Shown here one piece after another: positions 13,144-26,719 of a stretch of DNA of 64,000 bases (position 1 is its first letter; each line of letters begins with the position of its first letter). This stretch comes from Mobula hypostoma (lineage: Eukaryota). The notes beneath the pieces were generated by a model. That model ran no database searches. It saw only the letters and a program-made list of their open reading frames with translations, and was not told the origin of the DNA. The position numbers were made by a program, and so were the translations under genes. The stretch covers positions 203,362,001 to 203,426,000 of the forward strand of contig NC_086097.1 in NCBI RefSeq assembly GCF_963921235.1, in the 5' to 3' direction.

Positions 13144-13829
13144 ACTTCACTTGGAAGATGGTGCACCATTGGAATTCTCTAGGCCAGATAACTGTGGAAA
13201 CTCAGAATTCCTTATATTTTTGGGCATTCTGGGAATCAAGGGAAAGTGCTGGAAAAGAGCCTGTACTGTGCTGTACTGTTCTGTGTTCTGTGAGGTGGAA
13301 GATCTGTTTTGGTCTCAATGAATGGCTCAAAGAGCTGATAGCTTACTTCTGCTCCACATGGCATTTTGCTATTTAAAATAAAAAGATTGGGGAACACTTG
13401 CTTCCCTGTATTAGAGTCAAAGAGAAAGCTGTAAGATCTTCGGACTTAACTATTGCCACAGATTGTACTAGATTGTGATAAGATTGGGAGGTTCCTTTTA
13501 ACAGTTTCCCTCTCTGCATTTGGAATCTGTTCTCCAACCTTCTTCAATCAGTAGGTCACCTAGCAAGGAAATACCTTTGCTGTTCAGCATCTGGCTTGCC
13601 TGTCAATTTGGCTGGCTGCCTGGAAGAATTGTAAAATAAATAATGTGGTTCTGTTGTTAATTTCACTAGTGCTCCCATGTCCCCAGCATAACTGAGTTCT
13701 TTAGATACATTATCAATCCTGCCCTACCAAATCATTCTGTCTGCCATTCCCCACTCCTTTCCAGCTTTTCTGAAAAAACAGAATTGCTAAAGTCTATTGG
13801 ACAAAGAAAATTATTAGACAATAATTATT

Positions 13830-14150
13830 AGGCTTGTCATATGAAGAGAATTTGATGGCTCTGGACTTGTGTTCACTGGATTTTAGAAGAAAGAGGGGTG
13901 ACCTAATTGAAACCCATTGAATGGTGAAAGTCCTTGATAGAGTGGATGTGGAAAGAATTTTTCCCATAGTGGGAATATCGAAGAACAGAGGACACAGCCT
14001 CAAAATAGAGTGACATCCTTTCAGAATGGAGATGAAGATGAATTCCTTTAGCCAGAGAATGGTGAATCTGTGGAATTCTTTGCCACAGGCAGATGTGGAG
14101 GCCAAGTCTTTATGTATACAGTATTTAAGGCAGAGGTTGAATGATTCTTC
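13830..14150 (+). mobile_element. CR1 LINE 3' fragment
   Basis: Homologous to the CR1 C-terminus (RGHSLKI, WNSLPQ). Confidence 0.75.
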
Positions 14151-15699
14151 AGAAAATGGGTGAGGGAAAGTTATGCACCTGCACAGCTTATATTTAAGAT
14201 AGATATCCCCAGCCAGTAATGGTGAAAGATTTTACATTGAGCAGACATATCAAGTCAGGGACATCTTGGATCAAATCTACAGCATTCTTAAGTGGGAGGG
14301 TGACCAGCCAGAGGTTGTGATCCACGTTGGTATGAATGTCGGTACAGGCTTTGGCTCAAACCAGGCTTTGGCTCGAAGAGGCGTTGACTCTGTGTAAAGC
14401 GTCTGTTAAGGTTTCCTTTTTTCCCCCCCCTCTTACTGTAACATTTAAATGGCTGTGATGTGATCTTCGTGCTGGATGTTGGAGAACTGGGAGACCCAGA
14501 GTCTCTCGGGGAACTACATCTGTGTGAAGTGCATCCAGCTACAGCCTGAAGACCGTGTTAGGGATCCGGAGCAGCAACTGGATGACCTGCAGCTTGTATG
14601 GGAGAGGGAGGATATAATTGATTAAAATTACAGGGAGTAGTCACCCGGAAGTTGCAGGAGGCGAGTAGCTGGGTGACCGTCAGGAGAAATGGAAATAGGC
14701 AGTTAGAGCAGAGCACCCCTATGGCCATTCTCCTCAAAAACAAGTATACCGCTTTAAATACTTCTGTGGGGGATGACCTCCTGGGGAATGCCATGTCAAC
14801 CGGGTTACAGGCACTGAGTATGAGTCCGTGGTGCGGAAGGGAAAGAGAGAGAAGAAGGAAGTGGTAGTGATAGAGGACTCAACAGTTAGCATAACAGAAA
14901 GGAGATTCTGTGGACGTGAACAGGACACCCGGATGGTATGTTGCCTCCCAGGTACCAGGGTCAGGGATGTCTCAGATTGCATCCATAACATTTTGGAGAG
15001 GAAGGGGGAGCAGCCAGATGTCTTAGTACATATTGGTACCATTGACATAGGAAGGAAAAGCAATGAGGTCCTGAAAAGAGAATTTAGAGAGCAAGGCAGG
15101 AAGCTAAGAAGCAGGACCTCCGGGTTAGCAATTTCTGGATTGCTACCTGTGCCATGCGCCATTGAGGGTTGAAACAGGATGATTTGTCAGATAAATGCGT
15201 GGCTGAGAATCTGGTGCAGGGGGCAAGGCTTCAGGTTCTTGGATCATTGGGATCTCTTCCGGGGGAAGGTATGACCTGTTCAAAAGTGACGGGTTGCACC
15301 TGAACCCGAGGGGGACCAATATTCTTGCGGGCAGGTTTGTTAGAACTGTTGGGGAGGGTTTAAACTAACTTGGCAGGGGGTTGGGAACCGGAGTGAAGGG
15401 ACTCAGGAAAGGACTGATGGTAAAAAAGTAAAGGTAGTGTGCAGTCAGATTGTCAGGAAGGGCAGGCAGGTGATGGGACTTAGTTGCAGCCAACAGGCTG
15501 AGTATCAAAACATTAGGGATGCAGAGTCAGAAAGGACAGCAAATACGGTACTCAAGGTGTTGTATCTAAATGCGCGTAGTATAAGAAATAAGGTGGATGA
15601 TCTTGTTGTAATATTACAGATTGCCAGGTATGATGTTGTGGCCATCACTGAATCGTGGCTGAAGGATGGTTGTAGTTGAGAGCTGAATGTTCGAGGTTA

Positions 15700-15810
15700 C
15701 ATAGTCATAGTCATACTTTATTGATCCCGAGGGAGATTGGTTTTCATTACACCAACCAAGAATAGAGTATAAATATAGCAATATAAAACCATAAATAAAT
15801 AAATAACCAC
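15700..15810 (-). mobile_element. Rex1-type 3' tail fragment nested in CR1
   Basis: catagtcatagtcatactttattgatcccgaggga is the reverse complement of the tail at 40265-40310. Confidence 0.8.
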
Positions 15811-16714
15811 ATATATTGGAGGGATAGGAAGGTAGGCAGAGGGGGTTGTGTGGCTTTACTGGTAAGGAATGGCATCAAATCAGTAGAAAGATGTGACATA
15901 GGATCAGAAGATGTTGAATCCTTGTGGGTTGAATTAAGAGACTGCAAGGGTAAAAGGTCGTTGATAGGAGTTATATACAGGCCTCCCAACAGTGGCTGGG
16001 AGGTGGACCACAGGTTACAACAGGAAATAGAAAAAGCGTGTCGAAAGGGCAATGTTATGGTAGTCATGGGAGATTTTAACATGCAGATCGATTGGAAAAA
16101 ATCAGGTTAGTAATGGATCTCAAGAGAGTGAGTTTGTTGAGTGCCTAAGAGATAGCTTTTTAGAGCAGTTTGTTGTTGAACCTACTAGGGGATCAGCTAT
16201 ACTGGATTGGGTGTTATGTAATGAACTGGAGGTGATTAGGGAGCTTAAAGTAAAAGAACCCTTAGGAACCAGTGATCAGAATATCATTGAACTCAACTTG
16301 AAAATAGGGAGAAAGTAAAGTCTGATGTAGTAATATTTCAGTGGAGTAAGGGAAATTACAGTGGTATGAGAGAGGAGCTGGCCAAAGTAAATTGGAAGGA
16401 GCAACTGGCAGGGATGTCAGCAGAGCAGTAATAGCGTGAGTTTCTGGGAAAAATGAGGAAGGTGCAGGACATGTGTATTCCAAAAATGAAAAAAATACTC
16501 AAATCGTAAAATAGTACAACTGTGGCTGACAAGGGAAGTCAAAGCTATTGTAAAAGCAAAAGAAAGGGCATAAAACAAAACAAAAATTAGTGGGAAGATA
16601 GAGGATTGGGAAGTTTTTTAAAAACCTACAGAGAGCAACTAAAAAACTCATTAGAAGGGAAAAGATGAAATATGAAAGCAAGCTAGAAAATAATATCAAA
16701 GCGAATAGTAAAAG

Positions 16715-16940
16715 GCCGGCTGGTGGCATAGTGGCATCAGTGCTGGACTTTGGGGTGGAAGGTCCCGAGTTCAAATCCAGCCGGCTCCCGTGCACGCTTT
16801 CCATTCATGCTGGGTTGAGCGTCGAGCTAGCAACTCGACCTCGTAAAAAAGAAATTGCCTACTACAGAAACACTAACAGCAAAATTGATGGCCTGTGCTC
16901 TCTTGTGAGTTGAAAGGCAGTTTCTTTCTCTTCTTTCTGG
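16715..16940 (+). mobile_element. tRNA-derived SINE inserted in CR1 ORF2
   Basis: tggcatagtgg and gagttcaaatcc Pol III boxes. 10-bp TSD ATAGTAAAAG (16705-16714, 16941-16950). A decayed relative lies at ~19350-19535. Confidence 0.82.
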
Positions 16941-17514
16941 ATAGTAAAAGTTTTTTCAAGTATGTTAAAATTAAAAGAGAAATGAGAGTGGATCCAGGAC
17001 TGCTAGAAAAAGAGGCAGGAGAAATAATAATGGGGGACAAGGAGATGGCTGATGAATTAAATAAGCATTTTTGTATCAATCATCACTGTGGAGGGCACTA
17101 GCAGTATGCCTGATGTTGTAGCATGTGAAGGAAATTGGGTGCAGTTACTGTTATGAGAGAAGGTGCTCAAAAAGCTGAGAGACCCAAAGGTACATAGGTC
17201 ATCCGGACCAGAGGAACTGCACCCTACGGTTCTGGAAGAGGTAGCGTTAGAGATTGTGGTGGCATGATCTTTCAAAAATCACTGGACTCTGACAGTGCCA
17301 GAGGACTGGAAAATTGCTAATATCACTCCACTCTTTAAGAAAGGAGGAAGGCATGAGAAAGGAAATTATAGACCAGTTAGCCTGAGCTCAGTGATTGAGA
17401 AGATGTTAGAGTCAATTGTTAAGGATGAGGTAATGGAGTACTTGGTGACACAGGATAAGATAGTACAAAGTCAACATGGTGGCCTAATTCTGCTCCTATG
17501 CCTTATGGTCTTAT

Positions 17515-19245
17515 GGAATGACATGACTAGGAACGGTGATGAGGTCCTGCAAAGTGAGCTCAGGGAGTTAGGTGCTAAGTTAAAGGAAAGGACCTCCAGT
17601 GTTGTGATCTCTGGATTGCAACCTGTATCACATTCTAGTGAGGACAGAAATAGGAAGGTACTACAGTGGCTACGGTTGAGAATGGTGGGAATAATGTTCT
17701 GAGCTGCATATATTTCAATGAAAGGAGTATTGTGGGAAAGGCGGATCAGCTTAGGGCATGGATCTGCAGGTAGAATTATGACATTGTAGCTATTAGTGAG
17801 ACTTGGTTTCAGGAGGGTGAGGACTGGCAGCTCAGTGTTCTGGGGTTCCATTGTTTTAGATGTGATAGAGCTGGAGGGATTAAAGGGGGAGCGGTGGCAG
17901 TACTAGTAAGGGAAAATGTCACAGTAGTGCTCAGTCAGGACAGACTGGAGAACTTACCTAGTGAGGTTTTATGGTAGAACTGAGGAAGAAGAAAAGTATG
18001 ACTCTACTCATGGGATTAAGTCATAGACCACCCAACAGTCTGGGGAAATTAGAGGAGCCAATTTGTAGAGAAATCGCAGGCTGTTGCAAGGAACCTAAGG
18101 TTGTTTTAGTAGGTGATTTAAATTTTCCACATATTGACTATAAAAGGGCTGGATGGGAAAGAGTTTGTCAGATGTGTTTAGGAAATTTTCCTTAATCAGT
18201 ACATTGAAGTCCCAACTAGAGAGAGTGTGATACTAAATCTGCAATTAGGGAATGAGACAGGGCAGGTGTCAGAAGATTATGTAGGGGAACACTTTGCATC
18301 TAGTGATCATAATGCCATTATTTTCAAGGTATTTATGGAAAAGAATAGGTCTGGTCCTTGGGTTAAGATTCTAAATCGGAGAAAGGCCAATTTTGATGCT
18401 ATCAGAAAGGATCTGGTAAGTGTTGATTGGGACAGGTTGCTTTCTGGCAAAGGTGTACTTGGTAAGTGGGAGGCCTTCAAAAGAGAAATTTTGAGAGTAC
18501 AGAGTTTGGATGTTGCTGTCAGAATAAAAAAAACGAAGATAATATGTTTATGGAACATTGGTTTTCATGAGAAATTGAGGCTCTGGTTAAAGAAAAGAAG
18601 GAGGTGCATAGTAGGTATAGGCAGTAGTAATAACTGAGGTACTTGAGGAGAGTAAGAAAGGCAAGCAAACAGTTAAGAAGGAAATCAGAAGGGCTAAAAG
18701 AAAGCATAAGGTTGCTCTAGTAGACAAGGTGAAGGAGAATCCTAAGGGCTTCTACAGATATGTTCAGAGCCAAAGGATTGCAATGGACAAAATTGATCCT
18801 CTTAAAGATCAGAATAGTCAACTACGTATTGCCAAAAGAGATTGGTAAGATTTTAAGTGGCTTTTTTGCATCTGTATTTACTTGGGAGATGGACAGCAGG
18901 AGCAAGATCATGGAGCCAGTACAGGTTAAAGAGGAGGAGGTGTGTTCTGTCTTGATGCAAACTAGAGTGGATAAATCCTCAGGGCCTGACAACGTGTTCC
19001 CTCAGACACTGTGGGAAGCTAGTGCAGAAGTTGCAGGGGCCCTAGCAGAGATATTTAAATCATCTTTAGCCATGTATGAGGTGCTGTAGGATTGGAGGAT
19101 GGTAAAGTTGTTCTATTGTAAAGGAAAGGTTCTAAGAATAAGCCAGGAAATTATAGACCAGTGAGCCTGACATCAGTAATGGGAAAGGTATTGGAAAGTA
19201 TTCTACGGTACTTGATATATAAGCTTTTGGATAGACAGGGATAGT
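17515..19245 (+). mobile_element. CR1 LINE (ORF1 end to ORF2 endonuclease/linker), decayed
   Basis: SGLQPV, HRPPN, VGDLNFPHID, SSDHN, DKSSGPD, GNYRPVSL motifs. Confidence 0.82.
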
Positions 19246-20619
19246 CTGTTAGGGGTAGCCTGCCTAGGAGTAGCTGCCTCATTATATCTTCTAACTCTCA
19301 AGCCAAGCTCAGTGCTCATTTTTCTGCAGGGTACCTATTGAGATAGATGGCAGGCTGTGTAGTCGCATCCACAACAGTCCCAGCTTTGAATCTAGCCAGC
19401 TGATTGCACCCTTTCCATCTGTGCTGGGTTGAGCATCAAGCTAGCAACTCAGCCTCATAAAAAAACAGAAAAAAAAATGGTAACGGAATGGCAAGGTTGC
19501 CACCCAATGTGCCACAAGGCGCAGAAAGGAACCACACATCTATTGAAATGGAAGTAAGAGGGCATGTCTCCCCTTGTAAGTGAGTGCAGCTCCAGTTATT
19601 GGACGCAATACTGCAACACTCACTTCCAATGGTTATTTTAGAGTTCTGCTTTTAATGGAACACTTCTGTAATTGAAGACATTTTATTAATCTTGCAACAT
19701 AGTAATATTAAAAGCAGGGCTAAAAGATTCCATCATGAGACACTATCCACAATCACAGTGTTTTCTGTGGGGAGGTGGATATCTTAGAAAAGCATCAGTT
19801 GAAGTGAAAGAAAAAATCTGAAGGCAAAAGAATGAGGGAGAGCTGCCAATGGAAAAGAAACAGACAAGGAAATCCATTCGAAAAGTTTCCTTCACCACTC
19901 CCTGTGGATCTCAGATCTACAATGATACATAGCAAATGCTCATGCCAGCTGGGCAGCTGCCTGGACAAACAAGGTAGCTGCAAGTGGATACTATAGCTAC
20001 CAATCTGACTGCTCCTTGTAAGCCTTCTGCTCTATTTTGTTTTACACTGGAATCATACCAGTGGAATTATGAGTGTAGAGAATCCAAATCCAAATATATC
20101 TGGGCCTCAGTAGCACATCAGCTGTATAATTGCCCATTGTTAGGATTAAGATGTGAGTGCAAAATAGGTTGAAAGCCCAACCCTCTCCCTAAAGGGACAG
20201 GGCAAACAGCATCTTCACTGTACAGGCTGATTTTTATATGGATATTTGTTTTCCTCCCAGATATCTCCCTATAAAATTATACTCTCATAGTTATTAGCCT
20301 ATTTCCAGCTTGTGTCAAAAAAGTGATAATACCCCACTTGCCTGCCTTGACTCCAGTTGATAGCAGTTTTAAGTCCGATATTTTTGTTGATTTTGTGTAA
20401 TATTTACGACAATGCTGAATGAATACTATAATGTTGAACTTGATGTCTTTCTAATTAGTTATTAAACGGTGACCCTTTCTGCTGGCCCGTGAGGACATAT
20501 GGACATTCACAATTGGGGAAACAGTTTATCTAGCCACTTATCTTGCTCCTTTGTGTGGAATCTTTTCTGTAAAACTACTTTCACTTTAAAATAGTTTTAG
20601 ATCATTGTCTTTCCACAAC

Positions 20620-20860
20620 AGTGCCTTTAAGGCACTAGAAAGGTTCCACCAAATCTGCCCCTGCAAAATCCTCCAAATTCATGGGCAGGATAAGTGAACC
20701 AATGTCAATGTCCTCTCCACTGTCCAGGCCAACATCCACAGTAGTGAGGCACTAGTTGCACTCGGTCAACCCCATGGGGAAGAGCACATTGCTCACAAAC
20801 CCTTACCAGACCCTAGAAACTGACAATTTTTTCTGAGCTCTGTGATGGAATAGGAAGGGA
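20620..20860 (+). mobile_element. RTE-clade LINE fragment, decayed
   Basis: Reads approximately KILQIHGQDK*TNVNVL...QANIHSSEAL, resembling an RTE ORF C-terminal region. Confidence 0.5.
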
Positions 20861-21129
20861 CTGTCAGATAAACAAGGGAAAGGATCCAAGGAAGTGAAAA
20901 TATTCTTGTTTTTTTTTCTTTTATCTGCCTGGTAATGTCTACCTATGACAGAGCTCAAAATTGACTGCCTGTTTTAGGAGTCTAGTGTCAAGTGTGCAAA
21001 AGATGTGGCCTGTCCAATGTAGGTGGCTGAATAAAACTGGGTCTCAATACTGGAGTATTGGCCTGTGACAGGTTACTGGCATTGGCTTGTTTGTCTCTCC
21101 AGTAAATATGGAGGATTTTGCAGACAACA

Positions 21130-21880
21130 TTCAAAATTCAAATTCAAGTTTAACTATCATTCAACCGTACATGAATACAGCCAAACGAAATATCATTCCT
21201 CTGGGCCGATGATGCAAAACACAAAACGGCACATTCAAAATAGCAAGCAAAAAAAAAAATATATGTAGTCCAAGTCCCCGAGTGACATGTCGTGCAATTT
21301 GATGGCGCAGTTCCCGCCAGTGCACAACAAATATGCACACATACACTCGCATTTCCAGCCTGTCATTCCACTGATTGATCACTGGAGGGCAGCACTGACA
21401 GGAAAGGCCAGTCCCCAACTGAGCATGGCTGCCACGCTGTACCAACTCCAGCATCTCTTCTCCTGAACTGCAGCAGCAGGCAAGCCAGGGGCTTGAGGCC
21501 TAGTCCTTGCTACAACTGAGGCCATGCGGCTCCCCTGACATCTGCCGTGCCACCAAACAAAGGAAGCAGGCCTGCGGCATCTTACGTTATCAATGTCCGA
21601 CAGGGTCTTGCAATCGCCAGACTAACATCCAAGACAATCACCGATGGTTACACTGCTCACCACCTTTGTGCACCAACTCTGATGCCTTCGATTCCTTCCT
21701 GTAGCACGCAGCAACGCGGTCGGTATGCAGTCCCGCTCCTCTGACACTCACTCCAGCTCCTCCAATCAACGAGCAGTTCACTGAAAGGGTAGACCTGAAG
21801 TACCCGAATTTCTTGGAGTTCAGCATTGTCTTGCGATCATAAAAGAGACTTTTAACAAAGTAAAAACACCATTGGTTTGC
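21130..21880 (-). repeat. Unclassified non-coding interspersed repeat with (TTGAA)-type tail
   Basis: Homologous to 59698-59741 plus 61954-62400 (ttcaagtttaa.tatcattcaacc.tacatgaatacagccaa; ttccactgattg...ggagggcagcac). Confidence 0.65.
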
Positions 21881-22339
21881 ACCACATTGGTAGTGCTTTT
21901 CCAGTGTTTTGCGTTGCCTACTGTATGTAGTCCATGTCTCAGGGATATATAGATGGCATCACAGAGCAAGTAAGGTTCATACCTGCTATGTCACTGGATG
22001 AACAAACTCTAAGAGCCAGCTTTCCCTGGTTTCTTGAAGGTGGCTCCAATTATGACATCTTAAGTCCCATGGAATATGCTCCTCTTCCCAGAGGAGGGCA
22101 GTGAAATCGTGGGTTTGCAACATGAACTCTTCACTGTCAATTTTTGGGACTTTTGAGTAATTTCAGCATGACAGACTAGCACAGGCAGGATGCAAACTTA
22201 ATGTGAACTTCTGAATTATTTTAAGAAACCAGCTTAGAAATCTCCTGCAGCTTGTTGTGGAAGACTCAGCTCTGTAAGGTTTCCATGAATTCTGTGGTTG
22301 TTGAATTTAGCAGCTCATTATAACAATTGTACAGAGGTG

Positions 22340-22617
22340 AAAACAAAACGTACATTACTTTAAAAAAAAAATCGGAAAACAGCAATCAAAATTCTTTGGA
22401 CACATCATGTGAAGAGAGACATTAGAACATTTAGTTACAACTGGAAAGCTGGAAGGAAAAAAGAAGCAGAGGCAAACGGAATGAAAATGATAGAAGGAAT
22501 AACATCATGGTTAGAAACAGAGGAGGCAACAACTACAATTTGGAGGGTCAGGGACCGTGATGGATGGAGAGACACGATCGCCCAGGCCGAATGGCAAGGC
22601 ACCTGAATGATGAATGA
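22340..22617 (+). mobile_element. RTE-clade LINE 3' end
   Basis: GHIM*RETLEHLVTTGKLEG..., then DRDGWRDTIAQAEWQGT*, with a (TGAA/TGA) tail. Confidence 0.7.
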
Positions 22618-23393
22618 CATAGATGGTGCAATTCAATTTTTATATTAAATGCTACATGTGCGCATTAATAACAAATGGTGCAGATTAAGTATAATGGGAG
22701 GAAACGTTAGAGCACCATGAAAGGATCTCTTGACATGTAAAATGGAATAGCTAAATTCTGCACCAAATTAGTCAAAAGTGCCAGATGTTTTTATTTTCCA
22801 TGTTGCTTGCAGCAGCCTCTACCTACTTGCCAGTACTTCATTGTAGCTGCATCCCAATTGATTATACTTCTTCTGTACAAATTGTATAACATGCAGGTAC
22901 AGTAAAAAGGTGTTGTTCATAAACAAGAACTATATAAACTTAGGCAACTAAAAAGGCTTTTGCTTACATTAATAGCTGGATTGCCTTGAAATAGCAGTAG
23001 GAATTGAAGCTGTGCAATATGTTAAAATTCTGGCAGTTTAAGATGCTTTGTGGGGAGCTGGATGCAGCAGAACTGCATATCAGACATTTTGATGCTTGAT
23101 TTTCCAACCATATAAAATTAATGGTAGGAAAACTATGCCCAGATTTCCAATATGTGGCCTCAATTGCAGAGGATTCCTTCCCTGCCAGTAATGTGAAGTT
23201 GGATTATATTTTCTTATTCATTCCTGCCACTCCCAACCTTCCTTTTCAGAGTCGATTGATAAAACCTGGCCATTTGACATTTAGGATTTAACTTTGCTTC
23301 TGCTTTCATAAAATATCAGTGTTTTATACAGAAGAAGTAATGCCATGCATCTCAGGTGATTTGATAAAATAGTTATGATAGTTCTGGGGCATT

Positions 23394-25393
23394 TACCCTT
23401 AGTGGCCATGTTATTAGGTACCTCCTGTACCTAATAAATTGCTCACTGAGTTTATATTCATGGTCTTCTGCTGCTGTAGCCTATTCTCTTCAAAGTTCAA
23501 TGTGTTGTGCTTTCAGAATGCTCTTCTGCACCCCACTGTTGTAAGACATGGATATTTGAGTTTGCTGATGCCTTCCTGTCAGTTTGAACCAGTCTGTCTA
23601 TTCTCCTTTAACCTCTCTTGTTAGCGAAACATTTTGGCCCAGAACTGCTGCTGATTGGATGTCTTTTCTTTTGCACTGTTTTCTGTAAACTTTAAAGACT
23701 ATTATGCGTGAAAATCCCAGGAGATCAGCAGTTTCTGAGGTACTTAAATCACCCCCCCTGGCACCAACAATCAATCCATAGTCAACATCACTTAGATTCA
23801 GGATCAGTTCCTGCGGATTGGAGGGTGGCTAATGTTATCCCACTTTTTAAGAAAGGAGGGAGAGAGAAAACAGGCAATTATAGACCAGTTAGTCTGACAT
23901 CAGTGGTGGGGAAGATGCTGGAATCAATTATAAAAGATGTAATAGCGGTATATTTGGATAGCAGTGGCAGGATAGGTCCGAGTCAGCATGGATTTACGAA
24001 GGGGAAATCATGCTTGACTAATCTTCTGGAATTTTTTGAGAATGTGACTATGAAAATGGACATGGAAAAGCCAGTGGATGTAGTGTACCTGGACTTTCAG
24101 AAAGCCTTTGATAAGGTCCCACATAGGATGTTAGTGTGCAAAATTAGAGCAAATGGTATTGGGGATAGGGTACTGACATGGATAGAAAATTGGTTGGCAG
24201 ACAGGAAACAATCAGTAGGGATTAATGGGTCCTTTTCAGAATGGCAGGTAGTGACTAGTGGGGTACCATAAGGCTCGGTTCTGGGACCGCAGCTATTTGT
24301 AATATACATTAATGATTTAGATGAAGGGATTAAAAGTAACATTAGTAAATTTGGAGATGACACAAAGCTGGGTGACAGTGTGAAATGTGAGGAGGATGTT
24401 ATGAGAATGCAGGGTGACTTGGACAGGTTGGGTGAGTAGGCAGATGCATGGCAGATGCAGTTTAATGTGGATAAATGTGAGGTCATCCACTTTGGTGGCA
24501 AGAACAGGAAGGCAGATTGCTATCTGAATGGTGTCAAGTTAGGAAAAGGGGAAGTACAATGAGATCTAGGTGTCCTTGTTCATTAGTCACTGAAAGTAAG
24601 CATGCAGGTACAGCAGGCAGTGAAGAAAGCTAATGGCATGCTGGCCTTCATAACAAGGGAAGTTGAGTATAGGAGCAAAGAGGTCCTTCTGCAGTTGTAC
24701 AGGGCCCTGGTGAGACCACACCTGGAATATTGTGTACAGTTTTGGTCTCCAAATTTGAGGAAGGACATTCTAAGTATTGCGGGAGTGCAGCGTAGGTTCA
24801 CGAGGTTAATTCCCGGGATGACGGGACTGTCGTATGTCGAAAGATTGGAGCGACTGGGGTTGTATACACTGGAATTTAGAAGGATGAGAGGGGATCTGAT
24901 TGAAACATATAAGATTATTAAGGGATTGGACATGCTAGAGGCAGGAAACATGTTCCCGATGTTGGGGGAGTCCAGAACCAGAGGCCACAGTTTAAGAATA
25001 AGGGGTAGACAATTTAGAACCGAGTTGAGGAAAAACTTTTTTACACAGATGGTTGTGGTTCTGTGGAATGCTCTGCCTCAGAAGGCAGTGGAGGCCAATT
25101 CTCTTGATTCTTTCAAAAAAGAGTTAGATAGAGCTCTTAAAGATAGCAGGGATATGGGGAGAAGGCAGGAAAAGGGTACTGATTGTGGATGATCAGCCAT
25201 GATCACAGTGAATGGTGGTGCTGGCTCGAAGGGCTGAATGGCCTACTCCTGTACCTATTGTCTGTTGTCTATAACATTTCTTCCTAATTCTGATGTTTGA
25301 ACTGAACAACAACTGAGCATCTTGACCATGCCTCTGCTTTTATGCATTGAGTTGCAGATGTATGGGTGTACCTAATAAAGTAGTCATTGAGTA
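23394..25393. mobile_element. Tc1/mariner-derived non-autonomous element split by a CR1 insertion
   Basis: Degenerate TIRs agtggccatgttattaggtac ... gtacctaataaagtagtcattgagta. Element pieces are ~23394-23795 and ~25273-25393. Confidence 0.6.
23792..25272 (+). mobile_element. CR1 LINE 3' half (RT), relatively young
   Basis: GNYRPVSLTSVVGK, SQHGF, YLDFQKAFDKV, RPHLEYCVQFW; tail ctattgtctgttgtct. Confidence 0.93.
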
Positions 25394-25646
25394 TGCATGA
25401 TACTATATTAATTTACAACATTTATTTCAGGTTAATTTTTCTGGCAAATCTTATATGTCCTTTAAAAGCATGTGTTTAGGATCTTATTACAAATGGAAAG
25501 ACAAAAATATGTGTAACATGTTTCCATTATAATTATGGCTTCCATTCAGAGTTATTTATAGACATCTTCCTCCAGTCTTTAGATTTGAATATAACCCTAC
25601 ACAATCTATATCTCTCTATCTCTCAATCTATCTACCTCAATTGCTA

Positions 25647-25736
25647 TCTCTCTCTTGCCCCTCCTGGTGTTTGTATGGGCATATGATGGGAGTAAGCAGC
25701 AATATTGCTTTCTCTCTCTTGCCCCTCCTGGTGTTT
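25647..25736. repeat. 26-bp direct repeat separated by 38 bp
   Basis: tctctctcttgcccctcctggtgttt at 25647 and 25711. Confidence 0.85.
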
Positions 25737-25770
25737 ATATTGTGTGTTGCAAAGAAACAAACAAATATCT

Positions 25771-25853
25771 AAACACAAGGAAATCTGCAGATGCTGGAAA
25801 TTCAAGCAACACACAAAAAATGCTGGTGAACGCAGCCGGCCAGGCAGCACCTC
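25771..25853 (-). mobile_element. Penelope pLTR tail fragment
   Basis: ctgcagatgctggaaattcaagcaacacaca...gctggtgaacgcagc matches 59753-59820. Confidence 0.8.
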
Positions 25854-25859
25854 TGTCAA

Positions 25860-26460
25860 CCCCATTCTCCTTCATTTTCCCTGTAACTTTTGATATCCTG
25901 ACTAATCAGAGCCTATCAACCTCCACTTTAAATATACCCAATGACTTTGCCTCCACAGCTATCTGTGGCAATAAGTTCCACAGTTTCCCTACCCTTGTCT
26001 AAAACAAATTCCTCCTTATTTCTGTTCTAAATAGAAATTCCTCTATTCTGAGACTGTACCCCCGGTCCTAGACTCCCCATTATAGGAAACATTCTCTTCA
26101 CATCCACTCTATATAGGCCTTTCAGTGTTTGAAAGGTCTCTATGAGATCCCCCACCATTCTTCTAGACTCCAACAAGTACAGGCCCAGAACCATGAAACA
26201 ATCCTTGTATGTTAACCCTTTCATTCCCAGAATCATTCTCATGAACCTTCTCTTTTCTAAGATAAGGTGCCCAAAGCTGCTCACGATATTCCATGGGCAG
26301 TCTGACCAAAGACTTACAAAGCCTCAGCATTATGTCCTTGCATTTATATTCTAGTCCTCTTGAAATTTATGCTAACATTGCATTTGCCTTCTTTACCACC
26401 GACTCAGCCTGCAAGTTAACCTTTAGGGAATCCTGCACAAGGACCCCCAAGCCCTTGGAT
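25860..26460 (-). mobile_element. CR1 LINE 3' fragment
   Basis: RRFMRMILGMKGLTY...GDLIETF. Confidence 0.8.
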
Positions 26461-26719
26461 GTTAAGCTCCCAAATATGATCTTCTTCCAGCCATGAATCA
26501 GTGATGCACGTGTGCAAGAAAGGCTGGTGCACAAGCGTGACTTGTGTTCTTACAAAGAAAGAAGATTCTTTCTGAAACTGAAGACATCTCCCTAGTTTGC
26601 GGCAATGTCATTAAACGATGGATTACAAAGTAGCTGACATGACCTGAAGCTGCAACCAGTAACAGGGAAGTAATTTGATGGGATTTGTGAAGAATTAGAT
26701 AATTGTATTTTTGGGTTCA

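Larger units (their letters stand above)
14440..17480 (+). mobile_element. CR1 LINE with ORF1 (SGNH esterase) and ORF2 endonuclease, decayed
   Basis: ORF1 VVVIEDS...RMVCCLPG...VHIGTID; ORF2 YLNARSIRNK, VAITESWL, GVIYRPP, MGDFN, GNYRPVSL. Contains two nested insertions. Confidence 0.88.
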
